Below are positions 50,478 through 59,820 of a DNA stretch of 64,000 nt, one piece after another. The number at the start of each line of letters is the position of its first letter. Position 1 is the stretch's first letter. Origin of the DNA: Candidatus Daviesbacteria bacterium (GTDB taxonomy: Bacteria > Patescibacteriota > Microgenomatia > Daviesbacterales > UBA10151); assembly GCA_016176465.1 (NCBI GenBank), contig JACOXD010000004.1, positions 114,119 through 178,118 on the forward strand, in the 5' to 3' direction. Below the pieces are notes generated by a model, which saw only the letters and a program-made list of their open reading frames with translations, was not told where the DNA came from and did not search any database. The position numbers and the translations under genes are program-made.

Positions 50478-51587
50478 ATGAAGATTACAATACTCCAGCA
50501 GGATTTGGTTGGTCCTCTCCAGGCAGTTTCCCGCTCAACCGGAAAGAGTAATTTACCAGTGCTTGCTAATATCTTAATCCAAACAGAAGCAGGTAAACTT
50601 AAACTCTCTGCCACTAACTTAGAGATAGGGGTTATAAAAAAAGTTAATGCAAAGGTGGAAGAAGATGGAGAAATCACTGTCCCATCAAGAACCTTTCTTG
50701 ATGTTATAACCTCACTAACAGGTGAAAAAATAACTTTAGAGGGCTCACTTGACCAATTAAAAATTTCTACCAGTAGTTTTAAAGCATCCATTAATGGGAT
50801 CCCAGCTAATGAATTTCCCTCAATTCCTTTAGCATCAGAGCAATCAGTTGTTTTAGATGCTTTTATACTAAAGCAGTCTTTGCCTGAGATTACTTTTGCA
50901 GCAGCTGTTGATGAGGGAAGGCCTATTTTAACTGGAATTTTAACTGAAATAAAAAAGGATTCCCTAGAACTTGTTGCAACAGATGGTTTTAGATTGGCTC
51001 ATAAGAAGGTTAAGATATTAGGAGAAGGGGAGTTTAAAGCTTTAATTCCCAGAAAGACTTTTGAAGAAATTGTTAGGTTAATTGATGAAGATTTAGTAAA
51101 CAGTAAAGAAGAAAAAGTGGAAATGGCAACAGCCGAAGGTCAAAACCAGATTATTTTTAAAATTGGCCAAACTGAACTTTCCTCTCGCTTAATTGAAGGA
51201 AATTTCCCATCCTGGGATAAAATAATCCCAAAAGAGTTTGAAAACAGAACTATTATTGAAAAGGGGGAACTTGCCAAAGCTGTCAAGCTGGCCTCAGTCT
51301 TTGCAAAAGACGTCGCTAATATTATAAAGATCCAAACCAGTGAAAATAAAATTATAGTCTCATCAGAGACAAAGGAGTTAGGTTCACAGGAAAGTGAAGT
51401 TGAATGCCTTGTTGAGGGCTCCCCTTTAATTATTGCTTTTAATGGTCGCTTTTTATCAGACGTACTAGCAGCTTGTTCCACTTCGCAAATTGCCATAGAA
51501 TTTTCCGGATCTTTATCAGCTGCGCTGCTTAAGCCAGTTGGGGAAGAGGGGTTAGAATATATTATTATGCCTGTTCGCTTAACTTAG
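50478..51587 (+). CDS. dnaN: DNA polymerase III beta clamp
   Basis: ATNLE, RPILTG, ATDGFRL, SRLIEG.FP, IMPVR. Confidence 0.97.
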   Translation: MKITILQQDLVGPLQAVSRSTGKSNLPVLANILIQTEAGKLKLSATNLEIGVIKKVNAKVEEDGEITVPSRTFLDVITSLTGEKITLEGSLDQLKISTSSFKASINGIPANEFPSIPLASEQSVVLDAFILKQSLPEITFAAAVDEGRPILTGILTEIKKDSLELVATDGFRLAHKKVKILGEGEFKALIPRKTFEEIVRLIDEDLVNSKEEKVEMATAEGQNQIIFKIGQTELSSRLIEGNFPSWDKIIPKEFENRTIIEKGELAKAVKLASVFAKDVANIIKIQTSENKIIVSSETKELGSQESEVECLVEGSPLIIAFNGRFLSDVLAACSTSQIAIEFSGSLSAALLKPVGEEGLEYIIMPVRLT

Positions 51588-52051
51588 GCACCCCTATACT
51601 CAATGGTTTTAAAATGGAAAATTACCGGATCGCTTAAGGTTTTATTATTTTCAAACTTGGTACCTACTTGAATATTTAATGTATATCCCTGGCCTAAGGA
51701 AAAAGGATCATTTGGAATAATTTTTAAGGTTTTATTATTATTAGTTAGCTCAACTTTAAAGTCTATATTGGGTTCAATAACTATTCTGGTTTCAGGGATA
51801 TTTACCAAGGGTTGGTTAAAATTAATCTCCAAAGTCTGTGTAGGTAAAATAGTAGCTTCCTCTAGTGGGGAAGGGTTAGTTGAGATAACCTTGGGAGTTT
51901 CATCTTTAGGTTCTTGGTCAGCTGTAATAGGAAAATCTTTAACAGGAGTTTCACTTTTTGAGTAAAGTCCACCTTGGAAAATAGCAATTAGTAAAAGTCC
52001 TAAAACAGTAATTATAATTATTAATGGTTTTTTTAATAAAGAGAATTTCAT
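51584..52051 (-). CDS. Secreted Ig-like (Big_5-type) domain protein
   Basis: PKVISTNP, I.FNQP, L.I.P, YTL.I, F.F.T. Confidence 0.7.
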   Translation of the reverse strand: MKFSLLKKPLIIIITVLGLLLIAIFQGGLYSKSETPVKDFPITADQEPKDETPKVISTNPSPLEEATILPTQTLEINFNQPLVNIPETRIVIEPNIDFKVELTNNNKTLKIIPNDPFSLGQGYTLNIQVGTKFENNKTLSDPVIFHFKTIEYRGA

Positions 52052-52656
52052 TCTCTGATTAAGTCTTCTTTAATAGGTCCTGATTCATTAATATCCTCAC
52101 CAAATTCTCTAATGTATTTCTCAGCAGTGCTTGGTTTAAATAATTGTATTTCATAAACTTCCTCTGTAAAAGGATTCGCAATCAAGGCAACGCCTTTAGA
52201 GCTATAAATATGAGTTTCGATTAAGGGTCCATATGTCTTAGAGCCTTTTTTGATACTTTCCACTTCGCCAAATCTTTCCTTGAAGTAGGAAAGCTTGACA
52301 TAAGATGGATGATTTGTTTGTTCTGGAATATTTATTCTTTCAAAGATAACTTGGCCATCTTTAACAATTACTTGATCTGGTCTTACAGGATTAATGTAAG
52401 TTTCTAAATTATATTCAACCTTTCCCTCTCCCAGCTCTTTTTTCTCCTTTATTATTAAGTTTTTTTCTATCTCTTGGGAGTTGGTTTTCCCAATTATTGT
52501 TTTTTGTAAATCAGAAATTTTAGGTGGGGTTAAACTCTCTTGTGGTTTTTTTAAAAATATAATTAGTAAAAGTATTAATATTAAAATTAAAAGTAAAACT
52601 AAAATCAATATGAAAACTGGCTTATTTTTAGGTATTAAAAAATAAAATTTATCCAT
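52048..52656 (-). CDS. Membrane-anchored hypothetical protein
   Basis: Long N-terminal TM; in operon. Confidence 0.6.
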   Translation of the reverse strand: MDKFYFLIPKNKPVFILILVLLLILILILLLIIFLKKPQESLTPPKISDLQKTIIGKTNSQEIEKNLIIKEKKELGEGKVEYNLETYINPVRPDQVIVKDGQVIFERINIPEQTNHPSYVKLSYFKERFGEVESIKKGSKTYGPLIETHIYSSKGVALIANPFTEEVYEIQLFKPSTAEKYIREFGEDINESGPIKEDLIRE

Positions 52657-52657
52657 A

Positions 52658-53401
52658 TTAATAGTTTCCTAATATATAGTTTGCCACATTATAGTGAAGA
52701 GGGAAATCCTCTCTTAAGTTTGGCGGGTGATAATCTGGTGAACAAAGGACTGTTTGCAATTTAGTTTCTGGGTTTAAGTAGTAAGCAATAGTTTCTGCAA
52801 AATCCTCAGAAATGTTATTACTTTTAGTGCATTCATATGCGTGGTTGCCATACCAAGTAACTCCTTTCTCAACCGCATGGGCCCTGAGATAATCTGACCA
52901 GCGAATCTGTTCCCGGTTATTACAGTTTGCAATAACATGGCCTAGTTCGTGGATTAATATTAACTTAAAAAGGGTTTCATCTTGGTAGGTTCCTACGTAT
53001 ACACTAACGCCTTTGAAACATCCCACTTGGGAAGAATCACGAGGGACTGAAGCAAATATTGTTGAGCCACGTACGTAATCAAAAAATTTTGTGTGAGAAA
53101 CATCCCAAAATTTTTCCCAAGCCCAGCGTAAGTGCCTGGTTCCATAATTTCTCATGGTAATTCCAAATTTTTCTTTAATTGCCCCTTCCAATGCAGCATC
53201 AGGAATATCTGGAGCAGTAGCCCTTACTCCTAGCTGAAGGGAGTTAGATACTTGTGGTTTTTGATCTAAGGGAGCATCACCAACCCTGGTGATTACTGGG
53301 TTACTCTTAACTGATTCCTGTGCAAAAACCAAACTAATAGTTGGTGATACTAAAAATGATAATAAAATTAAGATGTAAGTTAGGATTTTCATAATTAACA
53401 A
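52658..53401 (-). CDS. Secreted zincin metallopeptidase
   Basis: Signal peptide, LIHELGH, downstream EDFAE. Confidence 0.75.
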   Translation of the reverse strand: MLIMKILTYILILLSFLVSPTISLVFAQESVKSNPVITRVGDAPLDQKPQVSNSLQLGVRATAPDIPDAALEGAIKEKFGITMRNYGTRHLRWAWEKFWDVSHTKFFDYVRGSTIFASVPRDSSQVGCFKGVSVYVGTYQDETLFKLILIHELGHVIANCNNREQIRWSDYLRAHAVEKGVTWYGNHAYECTKSNNISEDFAETIAYYLNPETKLQTVLCSPDYHPPNLREDFPLHYNVANYILGNY

Positions 53402-53946
53402 CCCGGCGCCATCGGATCAAATTTATATCCGCTTCCGCGCAGCTTATTGGAGACTTCAAAATTCAGATAAAATACTGCCGGAACCTGGCAAATCCCCTCA
53501 TCGCTAAAACCTTGTTCTTTAAACCAGCTAACCGTCTCCTCTTTAGCAAGGTCAATATCTGTAGTTAAAATTTCTACCATAAATTCATCCGCTGCTTTTA
53601 CATACTCTACCTTAAAGGTAGAAGTTGTAATTAAAATAGAAGATTGGTTTCCAATTGATGAAAGCAAAGAATCTTTAGCCGCCTGGTCCAAAGAAGAGAG
53701 GGTTTGACGATTTTCTAATCTATCAAGCAATTTTTTGGTCTTTGGGCTTTCATAAGTTATTGGAGGTTGTGTAATTTCTGATGAAGGAGCTGGGGAGAAA
53801 CTTGGAACACTAGATGGCAAGGGAGAAGTTCTCAACTCTTTTTTAGAAAAAAGGCTAGAGATTATTATAAAAACTAACCCTAAGATGGCAATTAATAAAA
53901 TAATTATTAAAATTTTAGTATTTCCAGGAATTAAACTTAGCATCTT
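53395..53946 (-). CDS. Membrane-anchored hypothetical protein with Pro/Ser linker
   Basis: TM plus PSSVPSFSPAP; start uncertain. Confidence 0.6.
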   Translation of the reverse strand, partial: KMLSLIPGNTKILIIILLIAILGLVFIIISSLFSKKELRTSPLPSSVPSFSPAPSSEITQPPITYESPKTKKLLDRLENRQTLSSLDQAAKDSLLSSIGNQSSILITTSTFKVEYVKAADEFMVEILTTDIDLAKEETVSWFKEQGFSDEGICQVPAVFYLNFEVSNKLRGSGYKFDPMAPGC

Positions 53947-53947
53947 A

Positions 53948-55713
53948 TTATCGCCTATACTTATCTTGGGCACAGGCCCAGTAACCCCAGGTTCTACCTT
54001 TGGTTGCTAAGAAATTATTGTAATTGATTGCATTAGTCGTTTGTAAGGTCCAAACCACATCTCCATGGTCATACTGGCCATTTCTTCCTCTGCCCATCTG
54101 ATAAAGTCCCCATGCACCTTGCGGATCAGGTGACCCACTGAAGAAATCATTTGGGTTATAACTACTTTCACAAGGGATAATTACATTAAACCAGAAATAA
54201 GCGTTAGTTGGATCATTTTGCTCTATGAGGGTATATAAATCATCTTTAGTAAAATTACATTGGGGGTCACCATAATTTTGCCCCAATGGGTTATTTAACT
54301 TATACCTTCCACTACATGTGTCATTATTTGCAGGAACATTTCCGGTAGTTGGAATGGTTCCAGCTCCACTAGTTGAGGTTATCTTTGCATCAGCACTGTT
54401 TACTACCCAAATATTATCATCAAGTGGGGCAACAACTAAAGCTAGTTGTTTAGTTTGACCTGAGGAAAGAGAGAATTGCCAGGTGACCACCTTACCTCTG
54501 CATTATCAGGGATAATATCTGTTACCTCAATATTAGCTATTCCTTGACCTAGGTATCCAACATTAATTGTGTATACAATAGGTTGTCCATTAGCAACCGC
54601 TCCATCAACCCCCCCTGGCCCTGTTTTAGAAATTGCTAATTGTTTGGAAGAAGATAGATTTTGGCCAGGAACTCCTCCTCCAAAAAGATTTAAAAGCATT
54701 GCCCCAAAAATTATCAAAAAAAGTAATCCTATAAAAAGTAGAGCTAATCTTTTATCAGCGATGGTCCTGGTTGGACCAAAGCGCCTAAACCTTCCAAAAA
54801 ACCGCCCTCCATTCCCTAGAAGTCTACCTCTTCCTGAGAAAATTCTTCCCAGATTAATATTTGGCCGCCAGGAGAACATATTTCTTAAAGGCATCCTAAA
54901 AGTTCTGGAGCTACCACTACTGCCTCTAAGGATGCCCATAAAACCTAAAATTCGATTACTAAAAAAAGCACCGCCTAATCCGCCAATGGCAGCGCCACCC
55001 CAGCTTCCGACTATTCCACCCATGACTGCCCCAGCACCGCCAGTCCATAAAGCAGGCTTACTTAAGATTTTTTTAAATGGAACAGTGTTAATTTTATTGA
55101 GAGGAATTTTAGAGAGGAGGTTGCTACTTCTTTGAAAAAAACTCCCTAAATTTTGCCTAATATTAATTGGTGCTCGCGGAATAGGACTTGGAGCAGGAGG
55201 CGAAGAAGGAGTAGGTGTTGTTGGAGTTGGAGGTTGACTCGGTTGGGGCTGAGGAGGGCTGGCGGGTGGCTGTGGAGGTTGTTGGGGAGGAAAGGGGGCT
55301 TGGTGGGGGAGGCTTGCTGGTGCAGAAGCTCCTCCATGAGATGGAGTAGGAGATGGTGTTTCTTGTTGTGACTGCTGGGCTAACTCAGCTTGTTCTGCCT
55401 CTGCTTCTTGTCTAAATTGCTCAATAACCTCTTTTGGCTCCTCAATTACTTTATTGGAATTCCAAATTTCATTTAGGTCAGGATCATTTCTTGCATAAGC
55501 AGTAGCAACAGTATCAATATAGCCTTCAGTTGTTGGCAAAACCTTAAATTTTGCTGGTAGAAATCTCTTGGAGTATTTAACAGCTAATTTTCGTGAAATG
55601 CGAGATGGAAACCCAGGGATGTTTAGGCTCCTAAATTGATCCTGCTTATTTTTATGAAACCTTAAAATTACGTTTAAAAGTGCTTTATGTAAACTAAACT
55701 GGACTAAAGCCAT
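53948..55713 (-). CDS. Pro-rich/TM/DUF11/lysozyme-like protein (frame break near 54495)
   Basis: DUF11-like ISKTG..YTI.V..VTD.IP continues as VTWQ..L..GQ in the next frame; C-terminal CESSYNP..AWGLYQ SLT-like motif. Confidence 0.7.
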
Positions 55714-55715
55714 TT

Positions 55716-57497
55716 TTATCCTCCTTTAATTAAATCCTCAGGGTTAGCGGTTATTAACTGGTGCTCCTCAGGGGAAGCAATTACAGACATCGCAACATGT
55801 GTTGGCCCGGCAAAAAATAACCCCTGGCCTACCCCAGCAGATAATAAAAGCCTCATCTCTCCCTCTGATAGATTAAATACTTCCCCAATGCGTTCAATTG
55901 AGGCAGGGCTTTGTTTTAATAGAATTTGAATTGATGAATTAGAGATAATCTCTTTTCCCCGATCTCCTCCTAAGAAATCCTCTACATCTTGAGTAATGGT
56001 TGTTACTCCCAAAAAATATTTCCTTGCTCTTTTAGCAATTTCTACTAAAAAATCAGCTGAGTCAGGATTTTTCATCATATACCAGGCCTCATCTACAACC
56101 AGCAATCTTTTTTTACGCTTAATCCTGATTTTAGTCCAGATATAATCTAGTATTAGATACATAGCTAGCGGCCGCAGCTGATCTGCTAAATCCCTGACAG
56201 AAAATACAGTTAAAGAGTTAGATAAATCAATATTTGAAGGAGCGGAAAAAATCCCAGCCAGCGATCCTTTAATAAACCTCTCTAGTCTAAAATTTAATTC
56301 CAATGCTTGAGGTTCTTCCATACCAGCTAAAACTTTGTACAAATCTTCCATCAAAGGAGGTGGGTTTTTTTGAGTTTTTGGATCAGGGGTAATGCCTTTT
56401 AATCTATAGGTAGTAGTTATTGCTCTATCGAGTATTGCTGCTTGCCCGGCATCTAAACTTCCCAGCACTAATTTTAAAAACCCGGTTAATGATAAAATCT
56501 TTCTACCCAACTCATTTTCACCAGTCATGGCAACAGATGATAAATCAAAAGGGTTAATTTTAATTGGGGAATCAGATGAGAAATTAATATAATTTCCACC
56601 AATGGCTTTAGATAAACTTAGATACTCTTGTTCAGGATCAATTACTATAGCATCTGTCCCAAACATTAAAGAACGCAGCGTTTCTAATTTTACTAAATAT
56701 GATTTTCCCGCGCCTGACTTGGCGAAGATCGTACTGTTCCCATTCTCTAAACTAAACCTGTCAAAAATAATTAGTGAATCATTGTGCTCATTAATTCCAT
56801 ACATTATTCCCTCATTAGCAGTTAGTTCTGAGGAGGTAAATGGAAAAGTAGTAGCTAGGGATGTAGTATCCATATTATGGTTAAGAAGTAAAAGGTCTGC
56901 TCCTAAAGGTAGTGTTGAGATAAAAGAGTCCTCCATCTGCAAGGTTAGAGGATAAGCGTTTATGGAAAGTGAAGCTAGGGTGGATTGTAAAATCTTTGAG
57001 GTATTATCCAGTTCTTCTTTGGAGCTTGAAGGTAGTGTAATATATAACCCCAATTGGAAAAATCTTTCCGCCCCTCTGGCTAGTTGATCTTGCAGCGCTC
57101 TGGCATCATCCAAGGAAACTTGAACTGAAGGGTCTATATCCCTACCTCTTTCCAAATCAGTTTGGATGGTTGCTTCCATTTCAGCAATCTTTCTTTTTAG
57201 ATCATCCAAAATATCTTTTGAGGTAGATGGATAAATAAACATGGAAATATTTAACGAATGATCAAAAGATACTAGTGGTTCAAGCCAGTTTGGGCCAATA
57301 TAACGAGGGTAGCCTGCCACAAAAAAAGAACGAAAATATGTAGTGTTGATTCTTAAATGATTAAAATCAATCTCCATATCTTTAGGAGATAAAACATCAA
57401 CCAAAGAGACTGAATTGTTCACTGTTAATGGCGCATTGTTAATAGAAGTACTTTGAGTTTTTTTAGGCTTAATAAGATCAAGTAAAGGTATTTTCAT
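55716..57497 (-). CDS. VirB4/TraC-like ATPase
   Basis: AKSGAGKS, IDP..EY, INPFD, VDEAW, RARKY, ITQD. Confidence 0.92.
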   Translation of the reverse strand: MKIPLLDLIKPKKTQSTSINNAPLTVNNSVSLVDVLSPKDMEIDFNHLRINTTYFRSFFVAGYPRYIGPNWLEPLVSFDHSLNISMFIYPSTSKDILDDLKRKIAEMEATIQTDLERGRDIDPSVQVSLDDARALQDQLARGAERFFQLGLYITLPSSSKEELDNTSKILQSTLASLSINAYPLTLQMEDSFISTLPLGADLLLLNHNMDTTSLATTFPFTSSELTANEGIMYGINEHNDSLIIFDRFSLENGNSTIFAKSGAGKSYLVKLETLRSLMFGTDAIVIDPEQEYLSLSKAIGGNYINFSSDSPIKINPFDLSSVAMTGENELGRKILSLTGFLKLVLGSLDAGQAAILDRAITTTYRLKGITPDPKTQKNPPPLMEDLYKVLAGMEEPQALELNFRLERFIKGSLAGIFSAPSNIDLSNSLTVFSVRDLADQLRPLAMYLILDYIWTKIRIKRKKRLLVVDEAWYMMKNPDSADFLVEIAKRARKYFLGVTTITQDVEDFLGGDRGKEIISNSSIQILLKQSPASIERIGEVFNLSEGEMRLLLSAGVGQGLFFAGPTHVAMSVIASPEEHQLITANPEDLIKGG

Positions 57498-57500
57498 ATC

Positions 57501-58271
57501 TTAATCCTCTAGTTCCTCAACAACAAATGGTGTAGTAGTTCTTGGTTCACTAGGATAAGCTATCGGTGCTGTTTTTGGTGTAGTAGTTGCCTGAGGGCTA
57601 GTTATTGGAGGTGTTGAGGGTTGAGTTGTTGCCATCTGAGCAGGTGGATTAGGGGTAGAAAGTGAAGAAGCGAGGGGTAAGTTTAAATTAGTTGATTCAA
57701 CTTCTAAAACAGTTTCTTGAAATTCACTAGGGTTATAAATATCATAAAATAATTCAATTAACTTAGCACTGTTTAATTGCTGCGCTCGCAAGCCTATTCT
57801 CCATAATTGACGGATAATATGGTCTCGCCTTGGAATTAAAATAGTCAAAGCTTTTTGGCTGTTTTTGGTACTATTTTTTGTTAAGCCAAGTTCTAGATAA
57901 GAGAGGGGAATGATTATAAAAAATTGTTTATCCAAAACATCATTTTCTTTTACTGTTTGGGAGATAAAATTTTTATACCTTAAAATCATTGATGCAAGTA
58001 AGGGGTTACTTTGTTTTTTGTGTGCCTCTTCAAGCTTTTCCAAATAAGAGGTGACATTTAATCTTTTAGACCTAATCATAATTTGAATTGAAAAAGAAAG
58101 TGAGTTTAAAAGTCCGGCAAAACCGCTAATGATAGAAAGCTGTTCTCGCTCAGATAGTAAGCCAAAGTTAACAGCGCTTGTCTCCAATATAAGTGCTAAG
58201 CTAGAATCTTTTAAAATGACTAAATCACCTTGGATATCTTGGATTGGTAAATGTTCTTGAGTAGTAGCCAT
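57501..58271 (-). CDS. VirB4-associated (TraC N-terminal-like) protein
   Basis: TQEHL.I.DI, VNFGLLS..EQ, LNSL.F..QI; synteny. Confidence 0.75.
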   Translation of the reverse strand: MATTQEHLPIQDIQGDLVILKDSSLALILETSAVNFGLLSEREQLSIISGFAGLLNSLSFSIQIMIRSKRLNVTSYLEKLEEAHKKQSNPLLASMILRYKNFISQTVKENDVLDKQFFIIIPLSYLELGLTKNSTKNSQKALTILIPRRDHIIRQLWRIGLRAQQLNSAKLIELFYDIYNPSEFQETVLEVESTNLNLPLASSLSTPNPPAQMATTQPSTPPITSPQATTTPKTAPIAYPSEPRTTTPFVVEELED

Positions 58272-58275
58272 AATA

Positions 58276-58314
58276 ATAGTTAATAGTTCACAGTTAATAG
58301 TTTATTGTTCATAG
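58276..58314 (-). repeat. Heptamer array (CTATTAA-type)
   Basis: Minus strand ctatgaa caataaa ctattaa ctgtgaa ctattaa ctat. Confidence 0.75.
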
Positions 58315-59490
58315 ATTTTTGGCATGGATACTTATAGGAGGAATTACTTTTCCATCAAGCGTTATCTCTAAAGTGTCAAAGTAAAATCCTTCTTTTTCAA
58401 GGGTAATTGTGTAAGTTCCATTAGGTAGGGGTGTTGCCGCTAAGAATTGGCCTAATTTGTTTGATTTTAGGGCTCTAACGGGTAATCCTTGCTTATCATG
58501 GGTTACAATAATTACGCCATCCAAATAATTACCCTGGTTATCAGTTACTATCCCATTAATACTATTGGGTGTGGAAGTTAAAGTGATCTTAGTATCTTTG
58601 CTTGATGCAAGCTCTGGTGCTACTACTACTTTTTTGGGAGTAGGGCTAATTGGGGTTTGGGCAAGCAAAGCTAATTTATGGGAGATTTCTGCTTGCTGAT
58701 TATTTAATGCTGACAAAGTTTCTAAAGCTAGTTGAAGCTGTGCAGCAAAATAGGTAGTATTAGTACCTGGTTGGACAGCCGCAGCTTTTATGCGGTTAAT
58801 CAAATTTTGCGTTTCTATAATTTTAGTTTGGATAATTTGAGCTTGCTTGGCTAGCTCCACTTCCAAATGTAGTTGTTCACTGCTAGGCAAATGGGGAGGC
58901 ATAAAAGTTTTTGGTACCTCAGGAGGAATTTGTGGTTGAGAGAGAGTTGAGGGTTGTTTTGGAGGAGTTGTTAGGGGAGGAGTAATGGGCTGGTTAATAG
59001 CTTGAGGGGCAGGGATATTAATAGTTGAAGCGGTAGGAGTGTTTACAGGTGAGACTGTAGCAGTTATTGGAGCTGCTTGCTGGTCAAACCTAGCTATGGT
59101 TGTTATTTTAGGAGTAGTTGAGTTTTGAGGTCTTGGGGCAAAACTTAAGAGGTAATAAGCTAAGCGGTTTTTAAAAAACAATTCATCTTTTTTAATGTTT
59201 TTAGATTGCCAGGTTCTTTTTGTTGGATTAAATATTGCTTTAAAAAAAGTTATTGCCCAATGATCTAGAGGTCTTTCATAAATGGGTAAAAAAGCAAAAG
59301 CTGCTCCAAATGAAGCTGAGATTATAATAATAGGCCAGGCAATTAAAGGAAGCTTAGGAGCAATTAAAATAAAAGTTAAATAAGCAGTTGCGAGTCCTGC
59401 TGCCAGATAAAGAAACTGCTTTAGTGTCATATCGCCAACTAGATGAAATTCAAATTGGCTGACATTTTTAGGTACAGGGTGTCCGTCCAT
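58309..59490 (-). CDS. PrgI-family protein with Pro-rich linker and carboxypeptidase-regulatory-like domain
   Basis: HPVP.N...EF.LVG.MTLKQF, RPLD.W, C-terminal NG.V.D..RALKSNKLGQF. Confidence 0.85.
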   Translation of the reverse strand: MDGHPVPKNVSQFEFHLVGDMTLKQFLYLAAGLATAYLTFILIAPKLPLIAWPIIIISASFGAAFAFLPIYERPLDHWAITFFKAIFNPTKRTWQSKNIKKDELFFKNRLAYYLLSFAPRPQNSTTPKITTIARFDQQAAPITATVSPVNTPTASTINIPAPQAINQPITPPLTTPPKQPSTLSQPQIPPEVPKTFMPPHLPSSEQLHLEVELAKQAQIIQTKIIETQNLINRIKAAAVQPGTNTTYFAAQLQLALETLSALNNQQAEISHKLALLAQTPISPTPKKVVVAPELASSKDTKITLTSTPNSINGIVTDNQGNYLDGVIIVTHDKQGLPVRALKSNKLGQFLAATPLPNGTYTITLEKEGFYFDTLEITLDGKVIPPISIHAKNL

Positions 59491-59617
59491 AACACAACAA
59501 GCTTATAATGTGAAAATTTTACTGTCCAGCCACTCAAAATAGATCATTTTCCACACAATATCTTGGATCTTGAAAAACTTAACTAAACCCTATACGCTAA
59601 GTAATAACTAAATACTT

Positions 59618-59736
59618 AAAGGATAGATTGGATCAGACCAATCTTTAATCAGGGGAAAAGCGATGACCCGCTTCGCAGCGAGGCGAGAATTTCGCTGTTG
59701 TGCCGCAACCGTATAACCGGACTGCCTGAATCCTTT
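59618..59736 (+). ncRNA. Cobalamin-riboswitch-like RNA with 20-nt insert
   Basis: P1 aaaggat/atccttt; P2 agattgg/ccaatct; P3 tcagg/cctga; GGAAA; P4 agcga..tcgct; gttg-tgccg-caac-cgt; ccgGACTGCC. Confidence 0.7.
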
Positions 59737-59785
59737 TTCTCTTCGAGCAAAGAGTCCGCAAGAAGCGGATGGGTTTACCAACTTA

Positions 59786-59812
59786 AACCTCCTCGAAGGG
59801 GGTATTTTTTTG
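59786..59812 (+). terminator. Intrinsic terminator ahead of the ORF
   Basis: acctcct-cga-agggggt followed by ATTTTTTT. Confidence 0.75.
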
Positions 59813-59820
59813 CTAAAAAT

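Noticed and set aside
59698-59820. ORF-track 5' extension of the 466-aa ORF, and antisense ORF 59608..59850
   Set aside because: The region folds as a riboswitch plus terminator; ATG 59821 is the plausible start.
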